Origin: Promethearchaeota archaeon
GTDB lineage: Archaea; Asgardarchaeota; Lokiarchaeia; Sigyniarchaeales; Promethearchaeaceae
Assembly: GCA_016933055.1 (NCBI GenBank)
Contig: JAFGBS010000008.1
Location: forward strand, 120,001-152,000
Direction of reading: 5' to 3'
Length of the DNA stretch: 32,000 nucleotides
The position numbers were made by a program, and so were the translations under genes. Of the stretch, positions 7,753-16,700 are shown in pieces (position 1 is the first letter of the stretch; each line of letters starts with the position of its first letter). Below the pieces are notes generated by a model that saw only the letters and a list, made by a program, of their open reading frames with translations, searched no databases and was not told the origin of the DNA.

Positions 7753-8208
7753 ATGGCACGAATGCATTCACGTAAGAAAGGAAAGAGTGGATCGACGCGC
7801 CCTAGTAGAACCATAAAACCAGAATGGTTGGAGTACACGGGGGAACAAGTAGAAGAACTCGTTATACAACTTGCAAAAAAGGGAGAAACAGCAAGTTCAA
7901 TTGGTTTGGTTCTAAGGGATAGCTATGGAATTCCACTGGTAAAAGCGGTCACAGGAAAAAAAATCCACCAGATTTTAACCGAAAATAAAATCATTACCCC
8001 TTTACCCGAAGATCTCACAGCATTAATTAAACGGGCGTTAAAAGTCCGTAAGCATTTAGAAGAAAACAAAAAGGATTTAGAAAGTACAAAAGGATTACAT
8101 CGAGTAGAAGCTAAAATATACCGATTAATTAAATATTATAAAAAGCGGGGTATCTTAGAAAAAGACTTCAGATATCGACCCGATAAGGTGGCAATATTAA
8201 TTCGTTAG
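7753..8208 (+). CDS. rps15: 30S ribosomal protein uS15 (archaeal S15/S13e)
   Basis: MARMHSRKKGKSGSTRP, IGLVLRDSYGIP, LPEDL..LI..A...RKHLE.N.KD, E.KI.RL.KYYK. Confidence 0.97.
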   Translation: MARMHSRKKGKSGSTRPSRTIKPEWLEYTGEQVEELVIQLAKKGETASSIGLVLRDSYGIPLVKAVTGKKIHQILTENKIITPLPEDLTALIKRALKVRKHLEENKKDLESTKGLHRVEAKIYRLIKYYKKRGILEKDFRYRPDKVAILIR

Positions 8209-8221
8209 AGGAGATAATAAA

Positions 8222-9079
8222 ATGAGTACAAAATCAAAATCAAAAAAAGGTCGAACCCGAAGGAAAGTAGTAGATCCATGGAAGCTAAAAAATTGGTATG
8301 AAGTGTATGCTCCCAAAAGTTTCAAGAGTGCCTTTTTGGGACAAATACCCTCTGGTGACGAAACAAATCTCATCGGAAGAACCATAGAAGTTTTATTATA
8401 TGACATCACTCGTAATTTCAAACATACTCACATCAAATTGAAATTCCGAATTGCAGAAGTTATGGGAAATCGCTGTGAGACCATCTTCATAGGGCACGAA
8501 CTAACCCGAGATTTCGTGCGTGCACTAATTCATAGAGGGTCCACTCGAATTGATGGCATTTTTAACTATCGCACGGCTGATGGATTTGTTTACAGGGTAA
8601 GTGCTTTCGTTGTTACCAGGAGAAGAGCAAAAGGTAGCCAGATATACACCATGCGGAATATTATTCATAAAGTATTGGATGAATTCGCGAAAAGTTCCAA
8701 ACATGGTAAATTTATTCGAGGTATCGTTTACGGTCAGTATGCTGAGAATTTATCTAATATCGCTAGAACTATTTATCCGCTTCGTGAATGCCAAATTCGG
8801 AAGACAAAACTGGTATCCTATCCTGAAGGCGCTGTAGATGAGGATTACGATGAAGAAGCCGAGGTATTTGAGGAAAGAACTGTGGAATTGAAACCACATG
8901 GCAAGCAGATTAAGAAGAAATTGAAAAAGAAAGAACAAGAGTTCGAAAAAACAGAAGAAACCGATGAAACGGAAGAAACTGAAGAAGCTCTTAGGCTTGA
9001 AGATACCGAAGAAGTGGCTGAAGCTCAAGATCTTTTTGAAGATAAAGAAAAACCTGATAATAAACCTGATAAAAAATAA
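8222..9079 (+). CDS. rps3ae: 30S ribosomal protein eS1 (S3Ae) with long charged C-terminal extension
   Basis: VDPWKLKNWYEVYAP, LIGRTIE, GHELTRDFVRALIHRGSTRIDG, IYPLRECQIRKTK; GAGGAG SD-like motif upstream. Confidence 0.95.
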   Translation: MSTKSKSKKGRTRRKVVDPWKLKNWYEVYAPKSFKSAFLGQIPSGDETNLIGRTIEVLLYDITRNFKHTHIKLKFRIAEVMGNRCETIFIGHELTRDFVRALIHRGSTRIDGIFNYRTADGFVYRVSAFVVTRRRAKGSQIYTMRNIIHKVLDEFAKSSKHGKFIRGIVYGQYAENLSNIARTIYPLRECQIRKTKLVSYPEGAVDEDYDEEAEVFEERTVELKPHGKQIKKKLKKKEQEFEKTEETDETEETEEALRLEDTEEVAEAQDLFEDKEKPDNKPDKK

Positions 9080-9112
9080 TATTATAATCTTCATTTATCG
9101 AACCTAATCGTA

Positions 9113-9131
9113 TTTTTTTTTCATTTTTTTT
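9113..9131 (+). terminator. Archaeal oligo-T terminator of rps15-rps3ae
   Basis: T9-CA-T8 starting 34 nt after the rps3ae stop. Confidence 0.5.
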
Positions 9132-9328
9132 CATCAGATAGATGTAAGAAAAGGTAACTATACTGTATGCGGTGCGTTTAGTCAGCATTTTTGATGATGG
9201 CATACAAAAATCGTATTTTGGATGGATTCTTGGCGATAAGGGAGAAGACCGCACAGTACTAAGGAGAAAAAGGATAAATTTTACCGATTAGCATCGATAA
9301 AAAAAGATTTTCTCTTCTTTTTATTAGT

Positions 9329-9754
9329 TTATGACATTTCTATACATGAATTGGAATCAATTTTTAAAATAGTATCAAGTTTTAGACTGAAAACTTCATA
9401 TGTACTGATATCGGTGCCTTCTAAATGTTTACCGAACATTTTGCGGAATTCGTTTCCAATTTCCCTCGCTATATTCCGTAATGTATCTACACAATCCTGA
9501 CCATCGAACATCATAATAACATTGATTGAGTTACTGATCTCGTCTTTTTCTCCATAATCAATGATAAAATGATGATCCTCGGTAGAGATCTGTTGCAATT
9601 TTCCCAAATTCAACTCTCGGATTATGTTTTGGAAAGCACTCAAAAAACCCTGAAATAATTCTTCGTGACGTGGTTCGATATAAACAGCCTTGCCCTTATA
9701 CTGAAATAATCCTATTCCGGATTTATGGTCTTGGATTAAGATAAGATCAATCAT
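9329..9754 (-). CDS. Stand-alone longin-like domain protein (Asgard eukaryotic-signature type)
   Basis: MIDLILIQDHKSGIGLFQY...ELFQGFLSAFQNIIRELNLGKLQQIS...LRNIAREIGNEFRKMF...YEVF: longin beta-beta-alpha-beta-beta-beta-alpha-alpha pattern, 141 aa. Confidence 0.7.
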   Translation of the reverse strand: MIDLILIQDHKSGIGLFQYKGKAVYIEPRHEELFQGFLSAFQNIIRELNLGKLQQISTEDHHFIIDYGEKDEISNSINVIMMFDGQDCVDTLRNIAREIGNEFRKMFGKHLEGTDISTYEVFSLKLDTILKIDSNSCIEMS

Positions 9755-9834
9755 TCTATTTTTGCTCTGCTATTGATTTTAATTATAGAGGATTCTGAAC
9801 GGTTATTTGGAATAAAAGATATTGCTGAGATAGC

Positions 9835-11127
9835 TTACATCTCCTTATACTTGAATTTTTCATTTACGCATTTGTATTTTACATAATAAATGGTGTCATT
9901 TGGAACATCTCTATCGACAATTGTACCAGGTCCTATACTGGAATTGGTTCCGATCTTTTTTCCAACCATGATCATGGAATTAATACCAAGTTGCACATTA
10001 TCTCCAATAACAGCTCCAAGCTTTTTCAAACCGGAATTAACGGACATACCTTTGATATCCATATTTATATCTTTTTTGTCCAACCGCACATTACTTATGA
10101 TCGTACCAGCTCCAAAATTCACATTCTCACCAATAATGGAATCTCCAAGATATGAAAGATGAGATATATGTGTTCTAGAAAAAACAACTGAATTTTTTAC
10201 TTCACAAGAATTACCGATTCGAACATTGTTTCCTAGTGAGGTATAGGGTCGAATATAGGAATTTGGTCCAATTGTACAATTCTCTCCAATATAGACGGGA
10301 CCTTCAATATATGTACCCGATTTAATTATTGTATTTGCACCGATTATAGTTTTTCCATGAATTGTCACTCCCTCTTCGATGACACCATGGTTTTCATTTT
10401 CAACTTTATCTAAAAAATATTGGTTGGCTTCTAAAATATCCCAAGGTCTTCCTATATCGTTCCAATATTCATCAGAGACATTTAATGCGCGCATTTTATT
10501 TCCTTCCCTCAAGAATAACTCAATTGCATCTGTTAATTCATACTCATTTCGAGAAGATTTTGGGGTTTTTTCGATAGATGTAAAAATGGAGGGGGAAAAT
10601 AGGTATACGCCAGCATTTATCAAATTCCCAAACGAATCATTTAATGGCTTTTCTATGATTTTTTTCACATATCCCTTCGCATCAACTGTAACGACTCCAT
10701 ACTTTGTTGGGTTTTCTACGTTTTTGCATGCAATAATATTTTTCTCTGTTTGCGATTGAGATAGGATCTTTTGGTATATCCTAGAATCCATAAGTAGATC
10801 TCCATAAATCAATAAGAAGGGTTCGTTTGAGATGAAGTTTTCAGCTAATTGGGTTGCATTCGCAGTACCTAAGTACTTTTTTTGTTCAATATAATTAATA
10901 TTCACGCCAAAAAGTGTTCCATCCTTGAAAAAATTAGTAATTTGCTCCTTTTTATATCCAACAATCAGCAAAATGTCAGATATTCCGATATTTTTTAGAG
11001 ATTCAATTGTATATTGTAAAATTGGTTTACCTGCAACAGGAATTAGGTGCTTTGGTCGAGTTACAGTGATTGGTTCAAGTCGTTTACCAGTGCCTGCAGC
11101 AAGGATTACAGCTTTTATATCTGTCAT
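9835..11127 (-). CDS. glmU: Bifunctional sugar-1-phosphate nucleotidyltransferase/acetyltransferase (archaeal GlmU-like)
   Basis: AVILAAGTGKRLEPIT..RPKHLIPVAGKP, YGVV, EKP, INAGVY, EYELTD; C-terminal hexapeptide repeats with HLSYLGDS and NFGAGT. Confidence 0.85.
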   Translation of the reverse strand: MTDIKAVILAAGTGKRLEPITVTRPKHLIPVAGKPILQYTIESLKNIGISDILLIVGYKKEQITNFFKDGTLFGVNINYIEQKKYLGTANATQLAENFISNEPFLLIYGDLLMDSRIYQKILSQSQTEKNIIACKNVENPTKYGVVTVDAKGYVKKIIEKPLNDSFGNLINAGVYLFSPSIFTSIEKTPKSSRNEYELTDAIELFLREGNKMRALNVSDEYWNDIGRPWDILEANQYFLDKVENENHGVIEEGVTIHGKTIIGANTIIKSGTYIEGPVYIGENCTIGPNSYIRPYTSLGNNVRIGNSCEVKNSVVFSRTHISHLSYLGDSIIGENVNFGAGTIISNVRLDKKDINMDIKGMSVNSGLKKLGAVIGDNVQLGINSMIMVGKKIGTNSSIGPGTIVDRDVPNDTIYYVKYKCVNEKFKYKEM

Positions 11128-11312
11128 GAATCATCTTTCTCAAATCTATAAGATTGGAGTTCGGGTACGTATGTGTGATACACCTTTAATTCCTTTCTAT
11201 TCTCACAGAACTTTCACATGGAGGAAATGTAAATCAATTTAGGTTTACTTTATCCTTAATACTATAAGGACGCTATTGAAGTGTGAAAACGCTAAAAAGA
11301 AAATGATGAGTT

Positions 11313-11840
11313 ATGGCAGAAGAAGAAAAAGAAATTAAAATGAAGATCTGTCTTCTAGGAGATGGAGGAGTGGGTAAAACATCCCTAGTGTATCGTTTCA
11401 TTCAGAATAGATTCTCGACGGATTTCAAATCTACTTTAGGGGTGAATTTGCTAAAACATGAAGTTGCAATAGACCACATTAGAGTGACTGTACAAATCTG
11501 GGACCTTGGAGGACAAGATAAATATGAGGGATTACGTAAATTATATTTAGATGGATCTCAAGGAGCTTTGTTAGTTTTCGATAAAACAAATAAAAAATCT
11601 TATGAAAATCTGGAAAAATGGGTAAGATCCTTTAGAGATTTACGAGGAGGTAAACCCATGCTTCTTATTGGAAACAAATTGGATCTAAAAGAATTTATTG
11701 TAATTGATGATGAGACTGCAGAATCTTATTCAAAATCCCATGATTTAGATTACATATCCACCAGTGCAAAAACAGGAGAAAAGGTGGAGACTGCTTTCAC
11801 ATCTCTGATAAAAAAAATAATAGAAAATAATCCTCCTTAA
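11313..11840 (+). CDS. Ras-superfamily (Rab-like) small GTPase
   Basis: G1 GDGGVGKT, G2 Thr in KSTLG, G3 WDLGGQ, G4 NKLD, G5 SAK; no C-terminal Cys. Confidence 0.93.
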   Translation: MAEEEKEIKMKICLLGDGGVGKTSLVYRFIQNRFSTDFKSTLGVNLLKHEVAIDHIRVTVQIWDLGGQDKYEGLRKLYLDGSQGALLVFDKTNKKSYENLEKWVRSFRDLRGGKPMLLIGNKLDLKEFIVIDDETAESYSKSHDLDYISTSAKTGEKVETAFTSLIKKIIENNPP

Positions 11841-11853
11841 ACTTCTGGGGTCT

Positions 11854-13200
11854 TTATGTGGGTTTTCTATCAAATACAATCTCAGCATTATGTATAATCT
11901 CTCGAGATCGCATCGGATCCTTCCAATTGATTTTTTCTCCTGAAGTTCCTCGTCGAAAGATCTCAAATAACCAATCGAAACTTAAAGTGAAATTTACCAA
12001 TCCCCAATGATTGATAAAAATTATCCAGAAAATTAAAACCGCAAATGCAGTCAGAAATGCATTGCCTATTTCTAACCAACCACTATTAGTAATATAATCT
12101 ACGCCACCCCCCCAATCAGCAGAAATCTTTGTTAATAGCCATCGTGGGAAAAAATCGAATGATTGTAGTGTAAATATAGTTAGAGATAAAATTCCAGCTT
12201 TTCGAATGGTTTTAGTATAATTTGTAAGATGTTTTGCCTTTTTCGAAAAATCGAATATCCATAAGAATACGGTCAGCACCCATACTTGAATGCCTGTTCC
12301 TAAAATTAAAAACCATCGATTGGGAATAATGCTTATGCCTACGACGAAATTTTCTAGCAACCCACCAAGCAATACGCCGAAAACTATGAAGAATCCCCCT
12401 AAAACAAATCCCGTCATAACTGCACGTTTTTTTGTAATATTTCGGTCGGTGAGCGCAATTCCAATACCACTCCCAAGAAAAGATGATGCTAAATAGGGAA
12501 AAAGAGGTTGTTGTTCTCCTATTAATAATGCTAGAGATAACCATCTTAGACGATCTGCAAAATTGTTTACGGTTTGATATTGGATTTGTTTAATGCTAGT
12601 CCAACCAAATTTTTGTAATACAGTTTGAGTCAAATACGGTGTTAGGGTAAAAATTAAAATCGTAAGAACCCCAAACACAATAATTGGAATCCATGGTTTG
12701 TTGCGTATCTTACCAAGAATCAAAATATAATGTATAATTGATGAGATAAAGATCCCTATTGCAATTGTTTCTACTGCATCGGACCATTGGAGAAAGGATA
12801 GATTCCAAATCCCTGGCCCCGTCACTCCTTGAAATACATTATACAATCCGCCATAAGGATTCCAAAATACTTGAATAAATATTCCATGGAAGAAAAGTAC
12901 GGTCGACCATAAAAGTCGTCGTAATAATAAAATATGGGGGGATTTTCCATTTTCTACTGCTTTTTGGAAACCATAGGCATTGCCTGCGCCTGAAATGATG
13001 AGAAAGAACCCTCTCCATGATGCAAAATAAAATAATAATCCTAAGGGGAAAAAAAGATACCACGGGTAAGTAAAAATCTGAGCAATTACACTATTATGGC
13101 CTACTTTTTCGAATGCATGCATAAATACCAAACCAAGCATTGCCACTCCGCGTAAAATATCCAAAGTTTGAATTCTTTTCATTGGTTCGTAAATCCCCAA
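11854..13200 (-). CDS. Polytopic membrane protein, DUF1624/HGSNAT-like acyltransferase family
   Basis: RIQTLDILRGVAMLGLVFMH N-terminal motif, FLIISG, FPLFPY-like QPLFPY, about 10 TM helices. Start may be ATG 13182 rather than TTG 13200. Confidence 0.65.
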   Translation of the reverse strand: MGIYEPMKRIQTLDILRGVAMLGLVFMHAFEKVGHNSVIAQIFTYPWYLFFPLGLLFYFASWRGFFLIISGAGNAYGFQKAVENGKSPHILLLRRLLWSTVLFFHGIFIQVFWNPYGGLYNVFQGVTGPGIWNLSFLQWSDAVETIAIGIFISSIIHYILILGKIRNKPWIPIIVFGVLTILIFTLTPYLTQTVLQKFGWTSIKQIQYQTVNNFADRLRWLSLALLIGEQQPLFPYLASSFLGSGIGIALTDRNITKKRAVMTGFVLGGFFIVFGVLLGGLLENFVVGISIIPNRWFLILGTGIQVWVLTVFLWIFDFSKKAKHLTNYTKTIRKAGILSLTIFTLQSFDFFPRWLLTKISADWGGGVDYITNSGWLEIGNAFLTAFAVLIFWIIFINHWGLVNFTLSFDWLFEIFRRGTSGEKINWKDPMRSREIIHNAEIVFDRKPT

Positions 13201-13231
13201 GGTAATTTATAATGGCAATTCTCTCAGCATG

Positions 13232-13249
13232 TATATATATATATATATA
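13232..13249. repeat. Perfect (TA)9 dinucleotide tract
   Basis: TATATATATATATATATA read directly, between the tbp stop and the next gene start. Confidence 0.9.
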
Positions 13250-13275
13250 ACATTACGGGTAGACAAAAAAATGAA

Positions 13276-13899
13276 TTAAAGGAAGGTGAATTCTTCATCG
13301 AATCCATCGGATTCAAAATCACCTTCTTCTTTCGTGACACCTTGTTCACGAACTTCAACAGATAGCTTTTTAACAGCTTCTGCCACAATTTCCTTGGTTT
13401 TACCGCCGGTACATACAATACGGCCAGTAGAGAAAATCAGAAAGACCGTTTTAGGATCTTGCATTCGATAAATCAAACCGGGAAAAACCTCAGGTTCATA
13501 CATGGCAAACTCCATGACTACCGCTGCTAGATTAAGATCTATGCTTGTGTGGAGGTCACCAGATGCCACAATATTTTGAATGGTAATAATTGGATTGGAT
13601 ACTTCAATCTTCGCTTTCTTTATACGACGAATGACTTTTTGTACGACACCCTCAGCCTCATCAGCCCGTCGCATACCTGTTACAACCATCTTTCCCGTGC
13701 TGAATACTAATATTGTTGCTTTTGGTTTATCTATTCGCATTACCAGACCGGGAAATCGTTCTGGATTGTACTCCACGTCTGCATAACGACGTGCGATGAC
13801 ATTAAGATCAATCTTTTCTACGATATCTAATGTTACGGTAGCGACAACATTCTCAATTTTATAAGTTGCTTCGGGGATCTCTTCATTTTCTTCAGACAT
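13276..13899 (-). CDS. tbp: TATA-box-binding protein
   Basis: Two TBP repeats: IENVVAT...YNPERFPGLVMR...LVFSTGKMVVTG and IQNIVASG...YEPEVFPGLIYR...LIFSTGRIVCTG; GAGGAG SD-like motif. Confidence 0.98.
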   Translation of the reverse strand: MSEENEEIPEATYKIENVVATVTLDIVEKIDLNVIARRYADVEYNPERFPGLVMRIDKPKATILVFSTGKMVVTGMRRADEAEGVVQKVIRRIKKAKIEVSNPIITIQNIVASGDLHTSIDLNLAAVVMEFAMYEPEVFPGLIYRMQDPKTVFLIFSTGRIVCTGGKTKEIVAEAVKKLSVEVREQGVTKEEGDFESDGFDEEFTFL

Positions 13900-14168
13900 A
13901 ACTTAATTCTCCTCTCGGAATAATATATTTTATTTAATCTTCATCGTCCTTGTTGTACCTATGGTTATATGATCGAAAAGAACAATGGTATTTAAAAGGT
14001 TTATAAGCATTTATAAATGATTCTATTTAAACCTTGATTTGTATAACAGATGGGTTTTCAGAACAAGAAGGTTAAGAAAGATCAATAGAGAAAGTTTTTT
14101 TCTTCCATTCTTTTCTCTTATTCTTGAATTTCTTCTTAGTCCTAACCTTTTCTTTAAATAAATTTCTC

Positions 14169-14639
14169 TTATTCTGTAATTAGGCTAGATTCTTTCTTTT
14201 TTGATTCAATTTCTCTTAATTTCCTCTTACTGGGAATAGTTTTTAGCACAAAAATAAAATAAAGCGTTTTAATGACCCCCAAACTCATCGTAAGTATCCA
14301 TACCCAAATTTTATTTGCGAAGATGGCGGTAGTTACCAACATAATCCATACAGCCCCATCTAAAAGGATTTTTCCCCATAATGTAAGACCATTTCTAGCA
14401 AAAAAACGTTTAAAATATTTATGATTCCGTAGCCAATTGTTGAGTTTTTCTGAGCTTCTTAAGAAAAAGTATCCAGCTAAAAGCATAAATGGGGTTGTTG
14501 GCAAAATGGGGATAGGTATTCCAATCACCCCTAATGCTACAAAAATAAATCCTAAAAGGATAAATACAAATTTTTTCAATTTTCTTTTATTTTTCTCACT
14601 AGAATTAGAATTTTGTATCTGTGGGGATTCTGGTAGCAT
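14169..14639 (-). CDS. YbaN/DUF454 family membrane protein
   Basis: LGFIFVALGVIGIPIPILPTTPFMLLAGYFFLRSSEKLNNWL matches the family motif. Confidence 0.85.
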   Translation of the reverse strand: MLPESPQIQNSNSSEKNKRKLKKFVFILLGFIFVALGVIGIPIPILPTTPFMLLAGYFFLRSSEKLNNWLRNHKYFKRFFARNGLTLWGKILLDGAVWIMLVTTAIFANKIWVWILTMSLGVIKTLYFIFVLKTIPSKRKLREIESKKKESSLITE

Positions 14640-15012
14640 CCAGCTCTTTTATAATTATAATCAATGATTAAAAAATCTTAACTTGGCCGCAAAATAATAA
14701 AACCAATCACATATGTAATTGCTTTCATCAACATATTTGTCGATATTAACGACCTCAAAAGGGCTATCTCGTTCGTAGAACCAACGTTCGTACAATAATC
14801 CATCAGGTTAAAAAACCCCAAAATTCTCATGCATTTAGGATGGTTAGGTTACTTATCCTTGGGGCTATCATTTGGACTGATAGTAGAGTAAAGGAACGCA
14901 TACACTCTTTATTTTTAACCTTTGCCTCTCCGTTGGGATTGGAAGAGAGATTTTTAGTTTTACCCGAAGAACTTAGTGAAGTTGGTACAAATTTCATTGG
15001 GAAAAAATTATT

Positions 15013-16683
15013 TTATTTGTTAAATGGCCAGATTTGGGGATAGAGACCATAAGGACCTGTTAGAAGATCTCCATTGGGATAATGTGCACTTATGGTACAC
15101 GTATTTCCATTATTCGATATTGTAAGTTTCATATAATGTAATGTCTGCTCTCCATACTGATATCCATAAAGTTCATTATCTGTAGAATAGGATTGTGTTT
15201 CTGGCAAATGGTAATACAATTCATGATGTTTGGATTCTGCATAGATCTTATGAGCATCTGAATTCACATACAGACTGGAATTCCACGGATTCCGAGTGAA
15301 AGAATAATTCTGGTATTCCCCCGCACTTATATTGTAGAATGTGCGTTGAACGTTCCAAGGATCATGAGTTAATATTCCGTAATCGACCTCCAAATGAGCA
15401 CCTCCTCCACCTGAGCACCAATAATGAGTCTCATTACCAGATGGGATATCAGTTTTATTGTATAATAAACCACTTGAACCATATGTGTAATTCCAGTGTT
15501 CATAATGGTGATCATGACCGAAAAATATCCCATCTACATCATATTTATCAGCTAATGGCACTAACCAAGTTTGTAAATCCCAATTATGACCCGATGTTCC
15601 TGTGGTTAAAATAGTGTGATGGAAATTCACAAAAATCCACTTCTGTCCGCGAGATTTTGCTTCGATAATATCCTGTTCCACCCATATTTTCTGAGCAGAA
15701 GTCATTTTATAATTTCCTGCATCAAAATTGTCGATTATTACAAAATGACAATTAGCGTAATCAAAAGAATAATATAATCCATCGGAAGAAGCATATGGAT
15801 AGGGAAACAGCATTCTAGTATTGACATCCCCCCCGCCACTATAATCATGATTTCCCACCGCAACTTGGAACGGTGCATTTGCAGCATAAAGAGGGAAGTT
15901 TTTCATGGTAAAATGCCATATCAGTGCCATCTCTCCACTAGAACTTAAGTCTCCTAATTGAATCACGAAATCTGGATTTTCTTTGGCAATTCCTTCCGCA
16001 ACCAGAGCCCCCGATCTTATGGTATCTAACCATGTTGGTTGCATATCGCCCACAATTATCATTTCAAAATCTCTATTATCATTTGGTGCCGTTGTGAAGG
16101 AGAAGAGATCAGTTTCATGCTTGGAATAAAAATTTCTATTGATTTTGTAATAATATTTTGTGTTAGGTGTAAGATTTGATAGATAGAAGTGATGCAGGTG
16201 GCTACGAGGTGCATTCGACCTAATTTTCTCTAAGCTTTCTGGAGATGTGCCGAATAAAATTTCAGTTGGGGTTATTGTGCAGGTCAACCATGATATTACC
16301 ATTTCAGTTTGGGGATCTTCTCCGAATGTAATATATGGACCATCATTCCATAGATAAATTTGATCTACATGAAAATAACCCCCAAATGATACTAAACTAT
16401 ATTCAGCGATTGGAAAGGCAATCATTAACATCAAACCAGCTGCAAGGATGATTTTTCTGGAGATATTTGATCTCGCAGAAAGACTAAGAATTACTTTAAA
16501 ACCTAAAAATGTAAATAATCCTCCCAAACCAAGGCATACAACTGAAAACAGTGTTACACATAAGGGATACACCTTTCTGATACTGGTCAATAAACTAAAA
16601 TAAACAAAGCTCCCGAAAAAAACCAGAGAAATGAGAAAGGAAAATCCGATTACAATCTTATTCCGAATCTGTTGATCAATCAT
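15013..16683 (-). CDS. Membrane-anchored purple-acid-phosphatase-like metallophosphoesterase
   Basis: Three N-terminal TM helices; FN3-like PAP N-domain (ISW, HHFYLSNLTPNTKYYY); motifs GDMQ, GDLSS, GNHD, VNFHH, GHDH. Confidence 0.85.
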   Translation of the reverse strand: MIDQQIRNKIVIGFSFLISLVFFGSFVYFSLLTSIRKVYPLCVTLFSVVCLGLGGLFTFLGFKVILSLSARSNISRKIILAAGLMLMIAFPIAEYSLVSFGGYFHVDQIYLWNDGPYITFGEDPQTEMVISWLTCTITPTEILFGTSPESLEKIRSNAPRSHLHHFYLSNLTPNTKYYYKINRNFYSKHETDLFSFTTAPNDNRDFEMIIVGDMQPTWLDTIRSGALVAEGIAKENPDFVIQLGDLSSSGEMALIWHFTMKNFPLYAANAPFQVAVGNHDYSGGGDVNTRMLFPYPYASSDGLYYSFDYANCHFVIIDNFDAGNYKMTSAQKIWVEQDIIEAKSRGQKWIFVNFHHTILTTGTSGHNWDLQTWLVPLADKYDVDGIFFGHDHHYEHWNYTYGSSGLLYNKTDIPSGNETHYWCSGGGGAHLEVDYGILTHDPWNVQRTFYNISAGEYQNYSFTRNPWNSSLYVNSDAHKIYAESKHHELYYHLPETQSYSTDNELYGYQYGEQTLHYMKLTISNNGNTCTISAHYPNGDLLTGPYGLYPQIWPFNK

Positions 16684-16700
16684 AGCGATTTCTACTGTGT

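Noticed and set aside
9190-9226. SECIS-like element (ATGA...AAAAA...GA)
   Set aside because: Only about 7 imperfect bp between core and loop, and no adjacent gene with an in-frame TGA; rps3ae ends in TAA.
9191-9260. C/D-box sRNA (TGATGA at 9192-9197)
   Set aside because: No purine before the C-box-like motif and no downstream CTGA D box on the same strand.
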